64,000 nucleotides of DNA from an uncultured Chloroflexia bacterium (GTDB lineage Bacteria > Chloroflexota > Anaerolineae > JAAYZQ01). The notes under the pieces are model-generated. The model was not told where the DNA came from, searched no databases, and saw nothing but the letters and a program-made list of their open reading frames with translations. Shown here one piece after another: positions 1 to 10,034 of this stretch. Positions within the stretch are counted from its first letter, which is position 1. Each line of letters starts with the position of its first letter. The translations under genes were made by a program, and so were the position numbers. Location of the stretch: the NCBI GenBank assembly GCA_963700285.1, contig CAVOXA010000010.1, positions 192,001 to 256,000 of the forward strand. The letters are read 5' to 3'.

Positions 1-229
1 GCCATCCCCGGGTGCCATACAAGGCAAAGTCTACGTAATGGAACAGCTGGGGAGAGAGATATTGCTCAACGCCATGGTCGGTGACGAGATGGTCAGGGCT
101 TTTGTACCGGCAGACTCGGAGTTCGAAGCTGAGCAGCAGGTATGGCTTACTTTCCATGACGAGAGCCTCCATATTTTCGACGGCGATTCCGAGGAGACTC
201 TCTATTCCGGCAACCGGGTGCCAGCCTAG
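1..229 (+). CDS. ABC transporter ATP-binding subunit, C-terminal TOBE domain (partial, runs off window)
   Basis: ...VMEQLGREILL...LHIFDGDSEETL resembles the MalK/UgpC-type TOBE tail. Confidence 0.7.
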   Translation, partial: PSPGAIQGKVYVMEQLGREILLNAMVGDEMVRAFVPADSEFEAEQQVWLTFHDESLHIFDGDSEETLYSGNRVPA

Positions 230-412
230 CGCCTTAGGGCGGGAATCGTACACTGGTTGCGGACCAATTCACACAGTGATTTGGCGGTTGGGCAACAAGA
301 ATCCGAAGCGTGGAGGGACTTGGCGCCACCCGCACCAGAAACTCCAGATATAGCGCTAGCGCTCCAGCCATTGTACCCATTCCAGTCTGTTCAGGAAGGA
401 AGGAGTGGACCC

Positions 413-1766
413 ATGAATATTGTCATGATTATCTCGGACACTTTTCGTCGAGACCATTTGGGCTGCTATGGCAATCCCTGGATCCATACGCCGCATCTCG
501 ACCGGCTCGCCGAGCAGTCCATCGTCTTTGACCAAGCCTATGCAGCTTCATTTCCCACCGTACCCCATCGCGCCGACGTGTTGACCGGCAAGTACAACTT
601 TACCTACCTGGGATGGCAACCTCTTCCCCAGAGCGAGATCACCCTGCCCCAAGTACTGAGTGCGGCGGGCTACAGCACCATGGGCATCGTCGATACACCT
701 TTCTACATGAGAAACGGCTACGGCTATGATCGTGGTTTTGCGAGACTTTGACTTTGTTCGAGGACAGAACTACATGTCGCCGACGTGGGAAGACGCGATC
801 CAGGACCGCCGTCATGAAGCGGACTATTTTGCCCCGGCCACGATGGCTCGCGCCGAACAATGGCTGGAAAGGCACTACAAGGAGCGATTCTTCCTGTTGG
901 TGGATGCTTGGGATCCTCACGAGCCTTGGGACCCACCGGACTACTATGCGGCGCTGTACGACGGCTACGATGGCAAGCCCGCCCACTGGCCCTGTTACTG
1001 GGACTGGCAGGAGGCAGGGCTCACCGAACAGGATGTCATGAGAGCACACGCCGCCTATTGTGGCGAAATCACCATGGTCGACCGCTCGGTCGGCCGGCTC
1101 CTGGAACGACTCGAGTCTCTGGGGCTGCTGGAGGACACGGCCATCATCTTTACCTCGGACCATGGGCACTATTTTGGGGAACACGGACTGTTTGGCAAAG
1201 CCATGCAGAGAGACGAACATGGTTTCAACACGGACACCTTTGCCCCAGGGCGGTGGTACCGTTCCCCTCTCTTTGATGAGGTGACACGAGTGCCACTCCT
1301 CATTTCCCTTCCACAGAGAGAACCCGGTCGCCTGGACGCCCTGGTCTCCTCGCCGGACTTGATGCCGACGATCCTGGATCTGGTAGGGATAGAGGTACCC
1401 GAGAGCGTCCAGAGTGCCTCGCTGGTACCGCTGATCCATGGTGACCTGGAAGGTGTCCACGATTTGGTTGTCACTTCCTGGCCCTTGTACATCCCCGGGC
1501 AGACGATTCGGGTCGTGGACGACCTGCAACGAGGAGTCGTGGAACCATTGCCGAGTACCATCACCGATGGTGAGTGGGCCCTGCATTTTGCCGTTGAAGG
1601 TGCTCCAGTGGAACTGTACCATACGGCATCAGATCCCGAACAGCAGGAGAACTGCTATCGTGAAAACGAAACAATCGCCAGGGATCTGCACACGAGATTT
1701 GTCAAGTTCCTGGAGGAGATGGGTACTGAGGAAGGGCGTATCGCCCCTCGTAGACGGCTGGCGTAG
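413..1766 (+). CDS. Sulfatase/alkaline-phosphatase superfamily hydrolase (+1 frameshift near 740)
   Basis: MNIVMIISDTFRRDHLGCYG, TPHLDRLA, DPHEPWDPP and FTSDHGHYFGEHG motifs split over ORFs 257..751 and 726..1766; RBS AGGAG before ATG 413. Confidence 0.85.
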
Positions 1767-1851
1767 TGATGGTTGTCAGTTACGCCAGAGGTTCGCGGGG
1801 AACGCAGATCAAGACCGAGATTGGTCCCGGATCTGACCAGAGGATAGCACT

Positions 1852-3261
1852 ATGAGGAGCCAGCGAACCGCTCCCACTGCGGTCGACCTTCTTGTTCAGC
1901 ATGGTACGGTGGTCACTATGGACCCGGCCAAGACCATTCTGTACGACGGCGCTGTGGCCATCGACAGCGGGCGCATCGTGGCCATTGGACCAGAGGATGA
2001 GATCCTGGGCCGCTATGTTGGCCTGAAGACGATCAACGCTGGTGAGAAAGCGGTACTGCCGGGCCTGATTGATACCCACCATCATTTCCTACAAAATTTC
2101 CTGAAAGGCGCGCGGGACGACCTGCCCTTTGTGGAATGGATCGCTCAGATATCTTCTCCTCTCATCAGCCTCGCCATTCAGGACTATTTGGACGGCAGCT
2201 ATGAACTCCAGCGGCAGGCGACGCGCTTGGGCTGCACGGAAGCACTGCTATCGGGGATTACGACCATTCTCAACATGGAATGGGCCACAGCACCCCAAAT
2301 CGTCGATGTATACGAACAAGCCGGCTTGCGGGTTGTCCACACATTGTACTTGACCGACGTCGACCAGTGGGGCAGTCCGGGGATGCTCTTGCCCATCGAT
2401 GCCACCATGGACCTGGCTGACAGGCTAATCAGACGCTGCAGCGAGTCTGACGGCGGCCGTGTCACATTTCGCTACGGCCCAGCTTGCGAGAACTCGGCCA
2501 GTACTGGTCTCCTCGGCGAGATCCGGTCGCTGGCGGATGAGAACCATGTTGGCATCCACATCCACGTTGCCGAGAGCCAGTTCGGCTGGGACAATATCCA
2601 CCAACTGCATAACAAAACCCCCGTCGAATACTTGCGCGACATCGGGTTCTTGGGCCCCGACGTATTGGGCGCTCACTGCATATGGCTTTCCGACAACGAT
2701 ATCCAGATTCTCAAAGACAGCGGCGCCTCGGTATCTTATAGCCCCGAATGCCACATGAAGCTGGCACTGGGGGTCGCACCGATCGTGAAAATGCTGGAAG
2801 CGGGAGTGCCCGTATCATTGGCCACCGACACCTGTGCGGTCAATGACAACATGGATATCTTTGAGGCGATGCGGGCCGGCGCCTTCCTGCAAAAGATCTC
2901 TACCATGGATCCGTCCGTCCTGCCCGCCTACCAGGCTCTGGAAATGGCTACCATGGGAGGGGCAGTGTCATTGGGTATGGCCGGCGACATTGGTTCCCTA
3001 GAGGTCGGGAAGAAGGCGGATCTCATACTTGTGGACCTAAGCGGCACGCACATGCAGCCCATCAACAATCTCATCAACAACCTGGTCTATTGCGCTAGCG
3101 CCGCCAGCGACGTCAAGACCGTGATTGTGGATGGCCGGATTATCGTCGAAGAGGGAACACTGCTGTCCTGGGGCGAAGGCCAGGTCGTCGCCGAGGCTCT
3201 GGAGTATGCCAACAGCCGGTTTCGAGAAGCGCGCCTGCCCGTATCGGCCTACTATCAGTAG
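1852..3261 (+). CDS. Metal-dependent amidohydrolase (MtaD/AtzA-like deaminase family)
   Basis: PGLIDTHHH, HIHVAES, GAHCIWL, SLATD and GSLEVGKKADL motifs. Confidence 0.9.
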   Translation: MRSQRTAPTAVDLLVQHGTVVTMDPAKTILYDGAVAIDSGRIVAIGPEDEILGRYVGLKTINAGEKAVLPGLIDTHHHFLQNFLKGARDDLPFVEWIAQISSPLISLAIQDYLDGSYELQRQATRLGCTEALLSGITTILNMEWATAPQIVDVYEQAGLRVVHTLYLTDVDQWGSPGMLLPIDATMDLADRLIRRCSESDGGRVTFRYGPACENSASTGLLGEIRSLADENHVGIHIHVAESQFGWDNIHQLHNKTPVEYLRDIGFLGPDVLGAHCIWLSDNDIQILKDSGASVSYSPECHMKLALGVAPIVKMLEAGVPVSLATDTCAVNDNMDIFEAMRAGAFLQKISTMDPSVLPAYQALEMATMGGAVSLGMAGDIGSLEVGKKADLILVDLSGTHMQPINNLINNLVYCASAASDVKTVIVDGRIIVEEGTLLSWGEGQVVAEALEYANSRFREARLPVSAYYQ

Positions 3262-3297
3262 CCTAGCACACTGGATATACGGAGGAGAGAAGCAACA

Positions 3298-4548
3298 ATG
3301 GAGACAACACCCACCGATCTTTACCAAAAAAGAGCGCAGCGAGTGGAAGCGGCGGTTCGCCTGCAGGTTCCGGATCGCGTTCCCTTTTTCCTTTTCTCCG
3401 GCTATCTTCCATGCCGTTATGTTGGCATGCCACTTCAAGAGGCCCACCATGATAGCGACCGCTACTTTTCTGCCTGCAAGCAGCTAACACTCGACCTGGC
3501 ACCCGACATATACTTTAACGCCGGCAGCCCTGTCAAAACCGCGGGCGCTGCCCTTGAGGCCCTTGAGATGAAACAGATCAAGTGGCCCGGGCATGGCATC
3601 CCGCCTGACTCCCCATTTCAATACATCGATGCCGACTGGGTACAGGCCGATGAGGTCGAAACACTGCTGGCGGATCCTTCCGACTATACCATCCGTACTT
3701 ATTTGCCCCGCATCTATGGCGCCCTGCAGGGGTTTGGTAGCCTGCCGCCCTTGAGTTGGATGCTGATGGGCTATGTGACTACCGGACTGGCCTCGGCCGT
3801 GACCATGCCGGCTGTGGCCAGTGCTCTGGAAGCTCTGGCCGTTGCGGGCCGGGCGGCGGCTGACTGGGCCGTGGGCGAAGCCAAACTGGATCAGGAACTC
3901 GCGTCCCTGGGTTTCCCTGTGCTAGCGGGTTCGGGAACCCTTGCTCCTCTCGATTTGGTGGGCATCATCCGCGGCTCGCGGGGGATGATGCTCGATATGT
4001 ATCGCCAGCCCGACAAGCTGCTCGCCCTGAACGAGAAGCTGTTGCCCATCACCATCGATACGGCCCTGGCTCTGGCACAGATGAGCGGTAACCCACGGGT
4101 TTTTATGGCCATCAACCGCGGGGCCGATGGATTAATGAGCCTCGAGCACTTTAAGACCTTCTACTGGCCCGGCTTCAAAGACGTGGTCTTGGCACTGACT
4201 GATGCAGGATTGACGCCCGTTATCCATTTCCAGGGCTGTTTCGACACCCGGATGGAGTATTTCACCGAGTTTCCCAAAGGCAAGGTCATCGGCCTCTTTG
4301 ATCAATCCGACATGTTCCGAGCCAAAGAGATCTTGGGCAAGACGATGTGCATTGCCGGAAACATGCCCATCTCTCTGCTTCACACGGGACCAGTGGACGA
4401 GGTCAAGGCCTATGCCCAAAAGCTCATCGATGTTGTGGGCAAGGACGGCGGCTTTATCATGTCCTCGAATACAGTTCTGGACGATGCGGATCCTTATCTT
4501 GTCAAGGTTTGGTTGGACTTTACGAAAGAGTATGGAGTCTACAGCTGA
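3298..4548 (+). CDS. Uroporphyrinogen decarboxylase (UroD/MtaA-CmuA-like) family protein
   Basis: PDRVP N-terminus, RGSRGMMLDMYRQPDKL, CIAGNMP and GKDGGFIMS. Confidence 0.85.
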   Translation: METTPTDLYQKRAQRVEAAVRLQVPDRVPFFLFSGYLPCRYVGMPLQEAHHDSDRYFSACKQLTLDLAPDIYFNAGSPVKTAGAALEALEMKQIKWPGHGIPPDSPFQYIDADWVQADEVETLLADPSDYTIRTYLPRIYGALQGFGSLPPLSWMLMGYVTTGLASAVTMPAVASALEALAVAGRAAADWAVGEAKLDQELASLGFPVLAGSGTLAPLDLVGIIRGSRGMMLDMYRQPDKLLALNEKLLPITIDTALALAQMSGNPRVFMAINRGADGLMSLEHFKTFYWPGFKDVVLALTDAGLTPVIHFQGCFDTRMEYFTEFPKGKVIGLFDQSDMFRAKEILGKTMCIAGNMPISLLHTGPVDEVKAYAQKLIDVVGKDGGFIMSSNTVLDDADPYLVKVWLDFTKEYGVYS

Positions 4549-4616
4549 ATCAGTGTGAGTAGAGTAGCCATACCACACTGATGCTGTCGATTGTGACTTG
4601 CATCACAAGATAGAGC

Positions 4617-4652
4617 TTGATAGCCGTACGGATCTATGCTATACTGTACGGC
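4617..4652 (+). promoter_or_regulatory. Sigma70 promoter with overlapping operator-like inverted repeat for the TA operon
   Basis: TTGATA (4617)-17 nt-TATACT (4640) with extended TG; GCCGTAC (4623) and GTACGGC (4646) are inverted repeats flanking the -10 box. Confidence 0.6.
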
Positions 4653-4664
4653 AGAAGGGCTCAC

Positions 4665-4904
4665 ATGGAGAAAACCAAGCTAACTGTGCGTGTTCCACGG
4701 GATCTACTCGATGATGCCAAGCGCTACGCCAGGGAGAACAACACGACCCTTACCCGTCTGGTGTCGGAATACCTGCGCAGGTTGGGCACTCGGGATATTC
4801 TCCTGGCCGATGCGCCAATTGTCCGCCGTCTCACGGGCATCTTGCCTCTCGAAGCTTCAGTAGAAGAGTACCACGAGTACTTGGAAGGGAAATATGGCGG
4901 CTGA
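4665..4904 (+). CDS. Ribbon-helix-helix antitoxin (DUF6364-like)
   Basis: MEKTKLTVRVPRDLLDDAKRYA...LTRLVSEYL RHH pattern; overlaps the downstream PIN gene. Confidence 0.8.
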   Translation: MEKTKLTVRVPRDLLDDAKRYARENNTTLTRLVSEYLRRLGTRDILLADAPIVRRLTGILPLEASVEEYHEYLEGKYGG

Positions 4905-5097
4905 CGTCAAGGCACTGATCGACCTCAATGTGATCCTCGACGTGCTGCAGCGGCGAGAGCCGTTCTATGATAGGTCAGTACAGATCCTCGCTCTCGCCGA
5001 GATGGGCCAGATAGAGGGCTGGGTTGCTGCCCACAGCCTTATAACGCTTTTCTACATCATGGCAAAGCATCAAACAACAGAGCAAGCCCGTACCTAA
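4894..5097 (+). pseudogene. Truncated PIN-domain (VapC-like) toxin
   Basis: ALIDLNVILDVLQRREPF is a PIN N-terminus, but the ORF is only 67 aa and ends abruptly at the terminator; the C-terminal half is not found in other frames. Confidence 0.7.
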
Positions 5098-5099
5098 AG

Positions 5100-5127
5100 A
5101 ACAGCCCCTTCCGTTGAAGGGGCTGTT
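5100..5127. terminator. Bidirectional intrinsic terminator
   Basis: AACAGCCCCTTC-cgtt-GAAGGGGCTGTT, a 12-bp stem between convergent genes. Confidence 0.75.
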
Positions 5128-5154
5128 GTGTTTCTGGCCCGAAACAATGTTGGC

Positions 5155-6420
5155 TTATTCCTCAGGCAGCGCATCCAGCAACTCGAGGGCCTTCAAAAGC
5201 TGCGTATCCTCGCCCTCCAGCAACTCCGTCACCGTCAGATCCTCCAGATCCCTGGGATAGAGGAGATCTGCCGTCATGGGCAGGTCAACAGTGATGTCCG
5301 GCTCGATGCCCTGCTTGCGGATCAGGCGACCATCGGCCGTCAGCCACTGGCTGGTACCGAGCATCAGAGCCGATCCATCTTCCAGGACAAAGGGCTCCAG
5401 CACGGTTCCGGTTCCGAATGTGGTCTCGCCTACCACCAAACCCCGCTCATGGTCCTGGATGGCCCCGGCAAAGATCTCTGACGAACTAGCCGAACCCTCG
5501 TTGACCAGGAGAACCATGGGGATGTCCAGCGCCACACCACCCCGCTTGTCAGGATAGGGCGTGCGGTTGCCGTGGGCATCCTCCTGCTGGAGCACATTGC
5601 CGCCCTCCACGAACTCGCTGGTCACCTTGATAACCTGTTCCAGGAGCCCGCCGGGGTTGTTGCGCAGATCTACGACAAGGCTGGTTGCGCCGGTGGCTTC
5701 CGCCTCGCGGATGGCATTGACGATCTGCTTGCTGGCGTTGGCGTTGAACTGGCTCAAGCGTACCATGGCGACCTCTGTACCGGGGATCATGGCCCAGGTA
5801 GCCGCCGGAATGGTGATCTCGCCACGGACGATGGTGATCTCTGGGCTCTCATTTACCTCGGGGCGCAGGACCGTCAGGACCACCTCGGTCCCAGCTTCGC
5901 CGCGGATAACCTCTACGATGTCGTTGATGGTCCAAGTTGTGACGTCCTCACCGTCCACTTCCATGATGATATCGCCGGCCAAAATACCGGCCTCCTCTGC
6001 AGGCGAGCCCTCAAAGGGAGAGACGATGATGGGCAAACCGTTTTCCATGCCTACATAGGCGCCAATCCCCTGAAACTTGCCCGAGATGTCTGTACGCTGC
6101 CGGGTCAATTCCTCCGGCGTCATAAAGGTCGTGTGTCCTTCGTCTCCCAGGGCCTGGAGCATACCCCGGATGGCCCCATATTCAAGGTCCGTCTCTTCCA
6201 GCGCCTCGCGGTCGACGAATTCTTCCTGGACGATCTGCCACGCCTGCCAGAAGGTGTCAAAGTCGACCTCGCCCTCTATCCCAGACGCGGTTGCAGGGGC
6301 TGCGCTTGCCGCTTTGGCGCCCAGCCCTGTCTGTCCCAGGATAATCCCTGCTCCAAAGGCTGTGGTAGTAAGCATCAAGACAACGACAGCAATGATTACA
6401 ATGATGAGCGCTCGTTTCAT
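5155..6420 (-). CDS. S41 family C-terminal processing peptidase (PDZ + S41)
   Basis: N-terminal TM, GIGAY PDZ loop, DLRNNPGG, SASSSEI catalytic Ser; start taken at MKRALII (6420). Confidence 0.92.
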   Translation of the reverse strand: MKRALIIVIIAVVVLMLTTTAFGAGIILGQTGLGAKAASAAPATASGIEGEVDFDTFWQAWQIVQEEFVDREALEETDLEYGAIRGMLQALGDEGHTTFMTPEELTRQRTDISGKFQGIGAYVGMENGLPIIVSPFEGSPAEEAGILAGDIIMEVDGEDVTTWTINDIVEVIRGEAGTEVVLTVLRPEVNESPEITIVRGEITIPAATWAMIPGTEVAMVRLSQFNANASKQIVNAIREAEATGATSLVVDLRNNPGGLLEQVIKVTSEFVEGGNVLQQEDAHGNRTPYPDKRGGVALDIPMVLLVNEGSASSSEIFAGAIQDHERGLVVGETTFGTGTVLEPFVLEDGSALMLGTSQWLTADGRLIRKQGIEPDITVDLPMTADLLYPRDLEDLTVTELLEGEDTQLLKALELLDALPEE

Positions 6421-6705
6421 CGTACCATCCCTTTCCAAACACAATATGCTCGAGAGGACTGGTGGTCCTCCCAGAAAAGCCTTGACGACATTCGCCCCGG
6501 CGATTGGCGGCTGCGACCGCCACCACTGGCGCGAATGAAAGGCAGTGATTTCAATTTCGGTCCAACTCTGCCACCACAGAATAGCACAATGGGGCGGCAA
6601 CCGTCTTTAAGCCACCTTTGTGGCAACCTTATGATGACCTTAAGCCGGGCTTGACAGATCTTACCGCTGCGCGAAGGCCTGCGGGAGGATCTTTTCGTAC
6701 AAAGG

Positions 6706-8169
6706 CTATTCATCAAGACCAAAACGCAAAGCCCTGGCTTCTGACACGCCGGAATGGAGGGAAGAGGACTGGGGAAGCAGGATAACAAAGCGACTGCCCT
6801 CACCGGGCGCGCTCTCCACCGTGAGCGTCCCGCCATGAGCCACGACCAGGTCCCGGGCAATGCTCAGACCCAGGCCCATGCCCTGGGGAAAACGTTTGTC
6901 ACGCTGGCTGCGGTAGAAGGGCTCGAAAATACGCTCCTGCTCAGAGGGTGCAATGCCGATACCGGAATCCACGACGTTGATGGCGACTTTTTCTGGCTTG
7001 GCCTCGGCTTCTATAGAAATGGTTCCTTCAGACGTGTACTTGATGGCGTTGCTCAGCAGGTTGCCCAACGCCTGGGCCAGACGGTCAGGGTCGATCTCGA
7101 CCGGAGGTAGCGAGTCGGGGATGTCTATCTCCCAATACAGGCCTTTGTCGTGGGCGGCCTGCCGCCAGGGGATCACGGCACGTGGCAGCCAGGCGCTGAG
7201 GGACACGGACTCGCGGTTCAACTCCAGGCTTCCCAAAACCTGCCCGTGCAGGTCAGCCAAGCTATCCACCAGGGGGCGCAGCCGTTGTACCTGGTCATCC
7301 ATGCCTTCTAGCAGCTCGCGACGTAGCGCTGGCTCCTCGTCGGCCCCGCCCAACAGGGCGTGGAGCGCTGACTGTACCGCCCCCAGGGGCCGTCCCAGTT
7401 CGTGCACCAGGTTCGCCAGCAGATGGCGCCGGGATTCCTCCAACAGTTTGAGCTGTTCAATCAGGGTGTTAAAAGCCCGCAATAGCATGCGGATCTCTTC
7501 TGGATCCTGCTCTGGAAGCGTCTTCCAGTGGCTCCCACTGGCCACGCCATAGATGCCATCCGTCACCCTCCGCAGCGAGCGCCCCAGGCTCAGGGCAAGG
7601 ACCAGACCAAGGATTACACCCAACACGAGACCTACAAGCAAGGTGCCCAAGATCAGACGGCGCAGACCGGTAAATCGTTCGTGGAGCTGAGACAAGCCCT
7701 GGGTCATATGCACAGCGCCCATGACCTCCTGATTGGGCCCCACCACCGGAACGAGGACTTGCACGATCTCGGCCTGCAGGCTCGTGCTATAGTTGACGTG
7801 TACCTCCCGCTCGCCAGCCAAGGCAGCGTACACATCCGCCAGGTCCGGTGTTTGGCTCAACTGCCCACCGCTGCCAGCTTTGCTGGCCGCCAGCAGGTTC
7901 CCATTCGCGTCATAGAGCATCACCTGGGACTGCGAACGGATGCTGTACAGCGTCACAAAGCGCTGGGCTTCGGCACTGTCCGCCCAGATCACGGGCTGGC
8001 CGCTGGCCATGTTGGCCGTCGTTGCACCCTGCGCCACCATCTCATCGGCCAGGCTGGTCAGTTGGCTCTGTGTCTCCAGGATATAGATCAAGGCCGCAGC
8101 CACCAAAGGAATCACCAACAACAGGGGCAGAATGTGGCTCAGGATGAGGCGGCCACGGAGGGTACGCAT
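6706..8169 (-). CDS. HAMP-domain sensor histidine kinase (BaeS-like)
   Basis: Two TM helices, H-box VHELGRPL, N-box NLLSNAIKY, G-boxes DSGIGI and GMGLGL. Confidence 0.92.
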   Translation of the reverse strand: MRTLRGRLILSHILPLLLVIPLVAAALIYILETQSQLTSLADEMVAQGATTANMASGQPVIWADSAEAQRFVTLYSIRSQSQVMLYDANGNLLAASKAGSGGQLSQTPDLADVYAALAGEREVHVNYSTSLQAEIVQVLVPVVGPNQEVMGAVHMTQGLSQLHERFTGLRRLILGTLLVGLVLGVILGLVLALSLGRSLRRVTDGIYGVASGSHWKTLPEQDPEEIRMLLRAFNTLIEQLKLLEESRRHLLANLVHELGRPLGAVQSALHALLGGADEEPALRRELLEGMDDQVQRLRPLVDSLADLHGQVLGSLELNRESVSLSAWLPRAVIPWRQAAHDKGLYWEIDIPDSLPPVEIDPDRLAQALGNLLSNAIKYTSEGTISIEAEAKPEKVAINVVDSGIGIAPSEQERIFEPFYRSQRDKRFPQGMGLGLSIARDLVVAHGGTLTVESAPGEGSRFVILLPQSSSLHSGVSEARALRFGLDE

Positions 8170-8174
8170 CGTGC

Positions 8175-8885
8175 TCAGACCTCTGCGCTGGCCGGCTGCG
8201 GTACCAGCTTGTAACCCACGCCGCGTACCGTGATGATACGCTGCGGGTATTTGGGCTCGCTCTCGATCTTTTCTCGCAGCCAGCGGATGTGAACATAGAC
8301 GACCTGAGGTTCGCCTACATATTCTGCGCCCCAGACCTGTGCCAGCAGATCATCCACCGATACGACGTCGCCGGCGCTGAGGGCCAGCGCATGGAGCAGC
8401 GAGAACTCGCGTGGAGCCAGCTCCAGCTTCTTGCCGGCCAACGTGACCACATGCGCCGCGGACTCGATGACGAGGTCTCCGACCTCGATCCGGTTGGCGG
8501 CGGGAGCTGACGCTTCTCCGCGCTCGGAGCGCCGCAGGACAGCCTTGATGCGGGCCAACAGCACGTTCACGTCGAAGGGCTTGGTCACATAATCATCCGC
8601 GCCCAGCTCCAGCCCCAATGCCTGGTCCAGCTCGCGCCGCCGGGCGGTCACAAAGATGATGGGCGTATTGGCTTCTTGCCGAAAGTTGCGCAAGGCATCC
8701 AGGCCGTCCATGCCCGGCAGGCCGATATCCAGAAGGATCAGATCAGGCGCGTCGCGGCGGGCCAGCCTCAGGGCATTTTCCGCGTCGGCTGCCGTGCTGG
8801 CCCGATAGCCGGCCTGTTCCAGATTATAGGCCAGACTGCGCCGCATCAGGGCATCGTCATCTACCAGCAGGATGTGTTTGGTCAT
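8175..8885 (-). CDS. OmpR/PhoB-family response regulator
   Basis: LLVDDD, LLDIGLP, GADDYVTKPF and winged-helix tail ITVRGVGYKL. Confidence 0.95.
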   Translation of the reverse strand: MTKHILLVDDDALMRRSLAYNLEQAGYRASTAADAENALRLARRDAPDLILLDIGLPGMDGLDALRNFRQEANTPIIFVTARRRELDQALGLELGADDYVTKPFDVNVLLARIKAVLRRSERGEASAPAANRIEVGDLVIESAAHVVTLAGKKLELAPREFSLLHALALSAGDVVSVDDLLAQVWGAEYVGEPQVVYVHIRWLREKIESEPKYPQRIITVRGVGYKLVPQPASAEV

Positions 8886-9220
8886 AGGTTCCGCCCGCTT
8901 CTCCTTGATACCTCGCTATTGTACTACAGAGCTGCATTTTTTGGAAGTTGATGCCAGACCACCACAGATTGCTCTGTACAAGGGTAATGGTCTACCAGCC
9001 CATGGCACGCAATCTGGAAATTAGCCGTTAGATCAAGGGGATCGGCCCAGGCAGAACATCGTGAGCGTAACCACGATCATCGGTAGGTTTGCGGCACCGG
9101 CAGGGATGGTGCAAAAAGATGGCCGATGAGATTCTGCCGCGTCCCGGCACGACCGCAGAAGGTTTCCGCGTCGCTACACCCAATGACCCGGGCCAAAGCC
9201 GATCAATTGCTCCTGCATAT

Positions 9221-9386
9221 TTGACGAAAACATAGATATGGATTATAATAAATACAAAGATCTAGTGGTTGGCATGCGACCGGGTCGCTCGAAGACTACT
9301 TGATAAGTTGATGCGATCCGGCACGATCGCAACAGTGCTCGGATCCAGTCGTGCTGTTTGACTTAAGAGAAATCTTGGACTATAAT
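9221..9386 (+). promoter_or_regulatory. Two tandem near-consensus sigma70 promoters upstream of yceI
   Basis: TTGACG (9221)-17-TATAAT (9244) and TTGACT (9358)-17-TATAAT (9381). Confidence 0.6.
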
Positions 9387-9410
9387 AGAATGAAAGAAAG
9401 GAACTAACCC

Positions 9411-9932
9411 ATGGCTTGGAAAGTTGATCCTACCACATCAAAAGTCGAGTTCACGATCAAGCACCTCATGATCACCAGACAGAGAGGCCGCTTCGAGTCC
9501 TTTGAGGGAAGCCTCAATATGGACGAGGCGGACCCACAGGCATCCTCGGTCGAGGGGACCATCGATGTCGCCAGCATTCGAACCGGCATTGGGCCGCGCG
9601 ACAGTAACCTGCGTTCGTCGGCCTATTTCGACGCAAAGCGCTTCCCGCAGATGAGCTTCCGCAGCACGCGCGTTGGGCCCTTTGAAGGGGATCGGTTTCA
9701 GGTTTTTGGTGATCTGACCATCAAGGAGACGACCCGTCCCGTAGTATTCGACGTCGTCAACAAGGGAGAGATGCCAGGCACTCAGGATGGGCGACGTTGG
9801 GCCTTTCACGCCAGCATCGTCCTGAACCGTAAGGACTATGGCGTCTACTGGAACGCACTGACAGAATTGGGCGGCCTGCTCCTTGGGGACGATGTACAGG
9901 GCGAACTCGAACTGCAAATGGTGTATGAATAA
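9411..9932 (+). CDS. yceI: YceI family polyisoprenoid-binding protein
   Basis: WKVDPTTSKVEFTIKHL, RDSNLRS, GDLTIKETTRPV and NRKDYGV. Confidence 0.88.
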   Translation: MAWKVDPTTSKVEFTIKHLMITRQRGRFESFEGSLNMDEADPQASSVEGTIDVASIRTGIGPRDSNLRSSAYFDAKRFPQMSFRSTRVGPFEGDRFQVFGDLTIKETTRPVVFDVVNKGEMPGTQDGRRWAFHASIVLNRKDYGVYWNALTELGGLLLGDDVQGELELQMVYE

Positions 9933-10034
9933 CCTTTCCTGATCTGAAAGGATGCGGCGGCCGGCATATTGTGCTGGCAACTCCTTGGCCGACGCTGGTC
10001 ATCGAGATCTCATAGACGGTGAATGGAGCTCCCT

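Noticed and set aside
9250-9356. Possible riboswitch or sRNA between the two yceI promoters
   Set aside because: Only a weak hairpin (GCACGAT/GTCGTGC) and no family motif that I can recognise.
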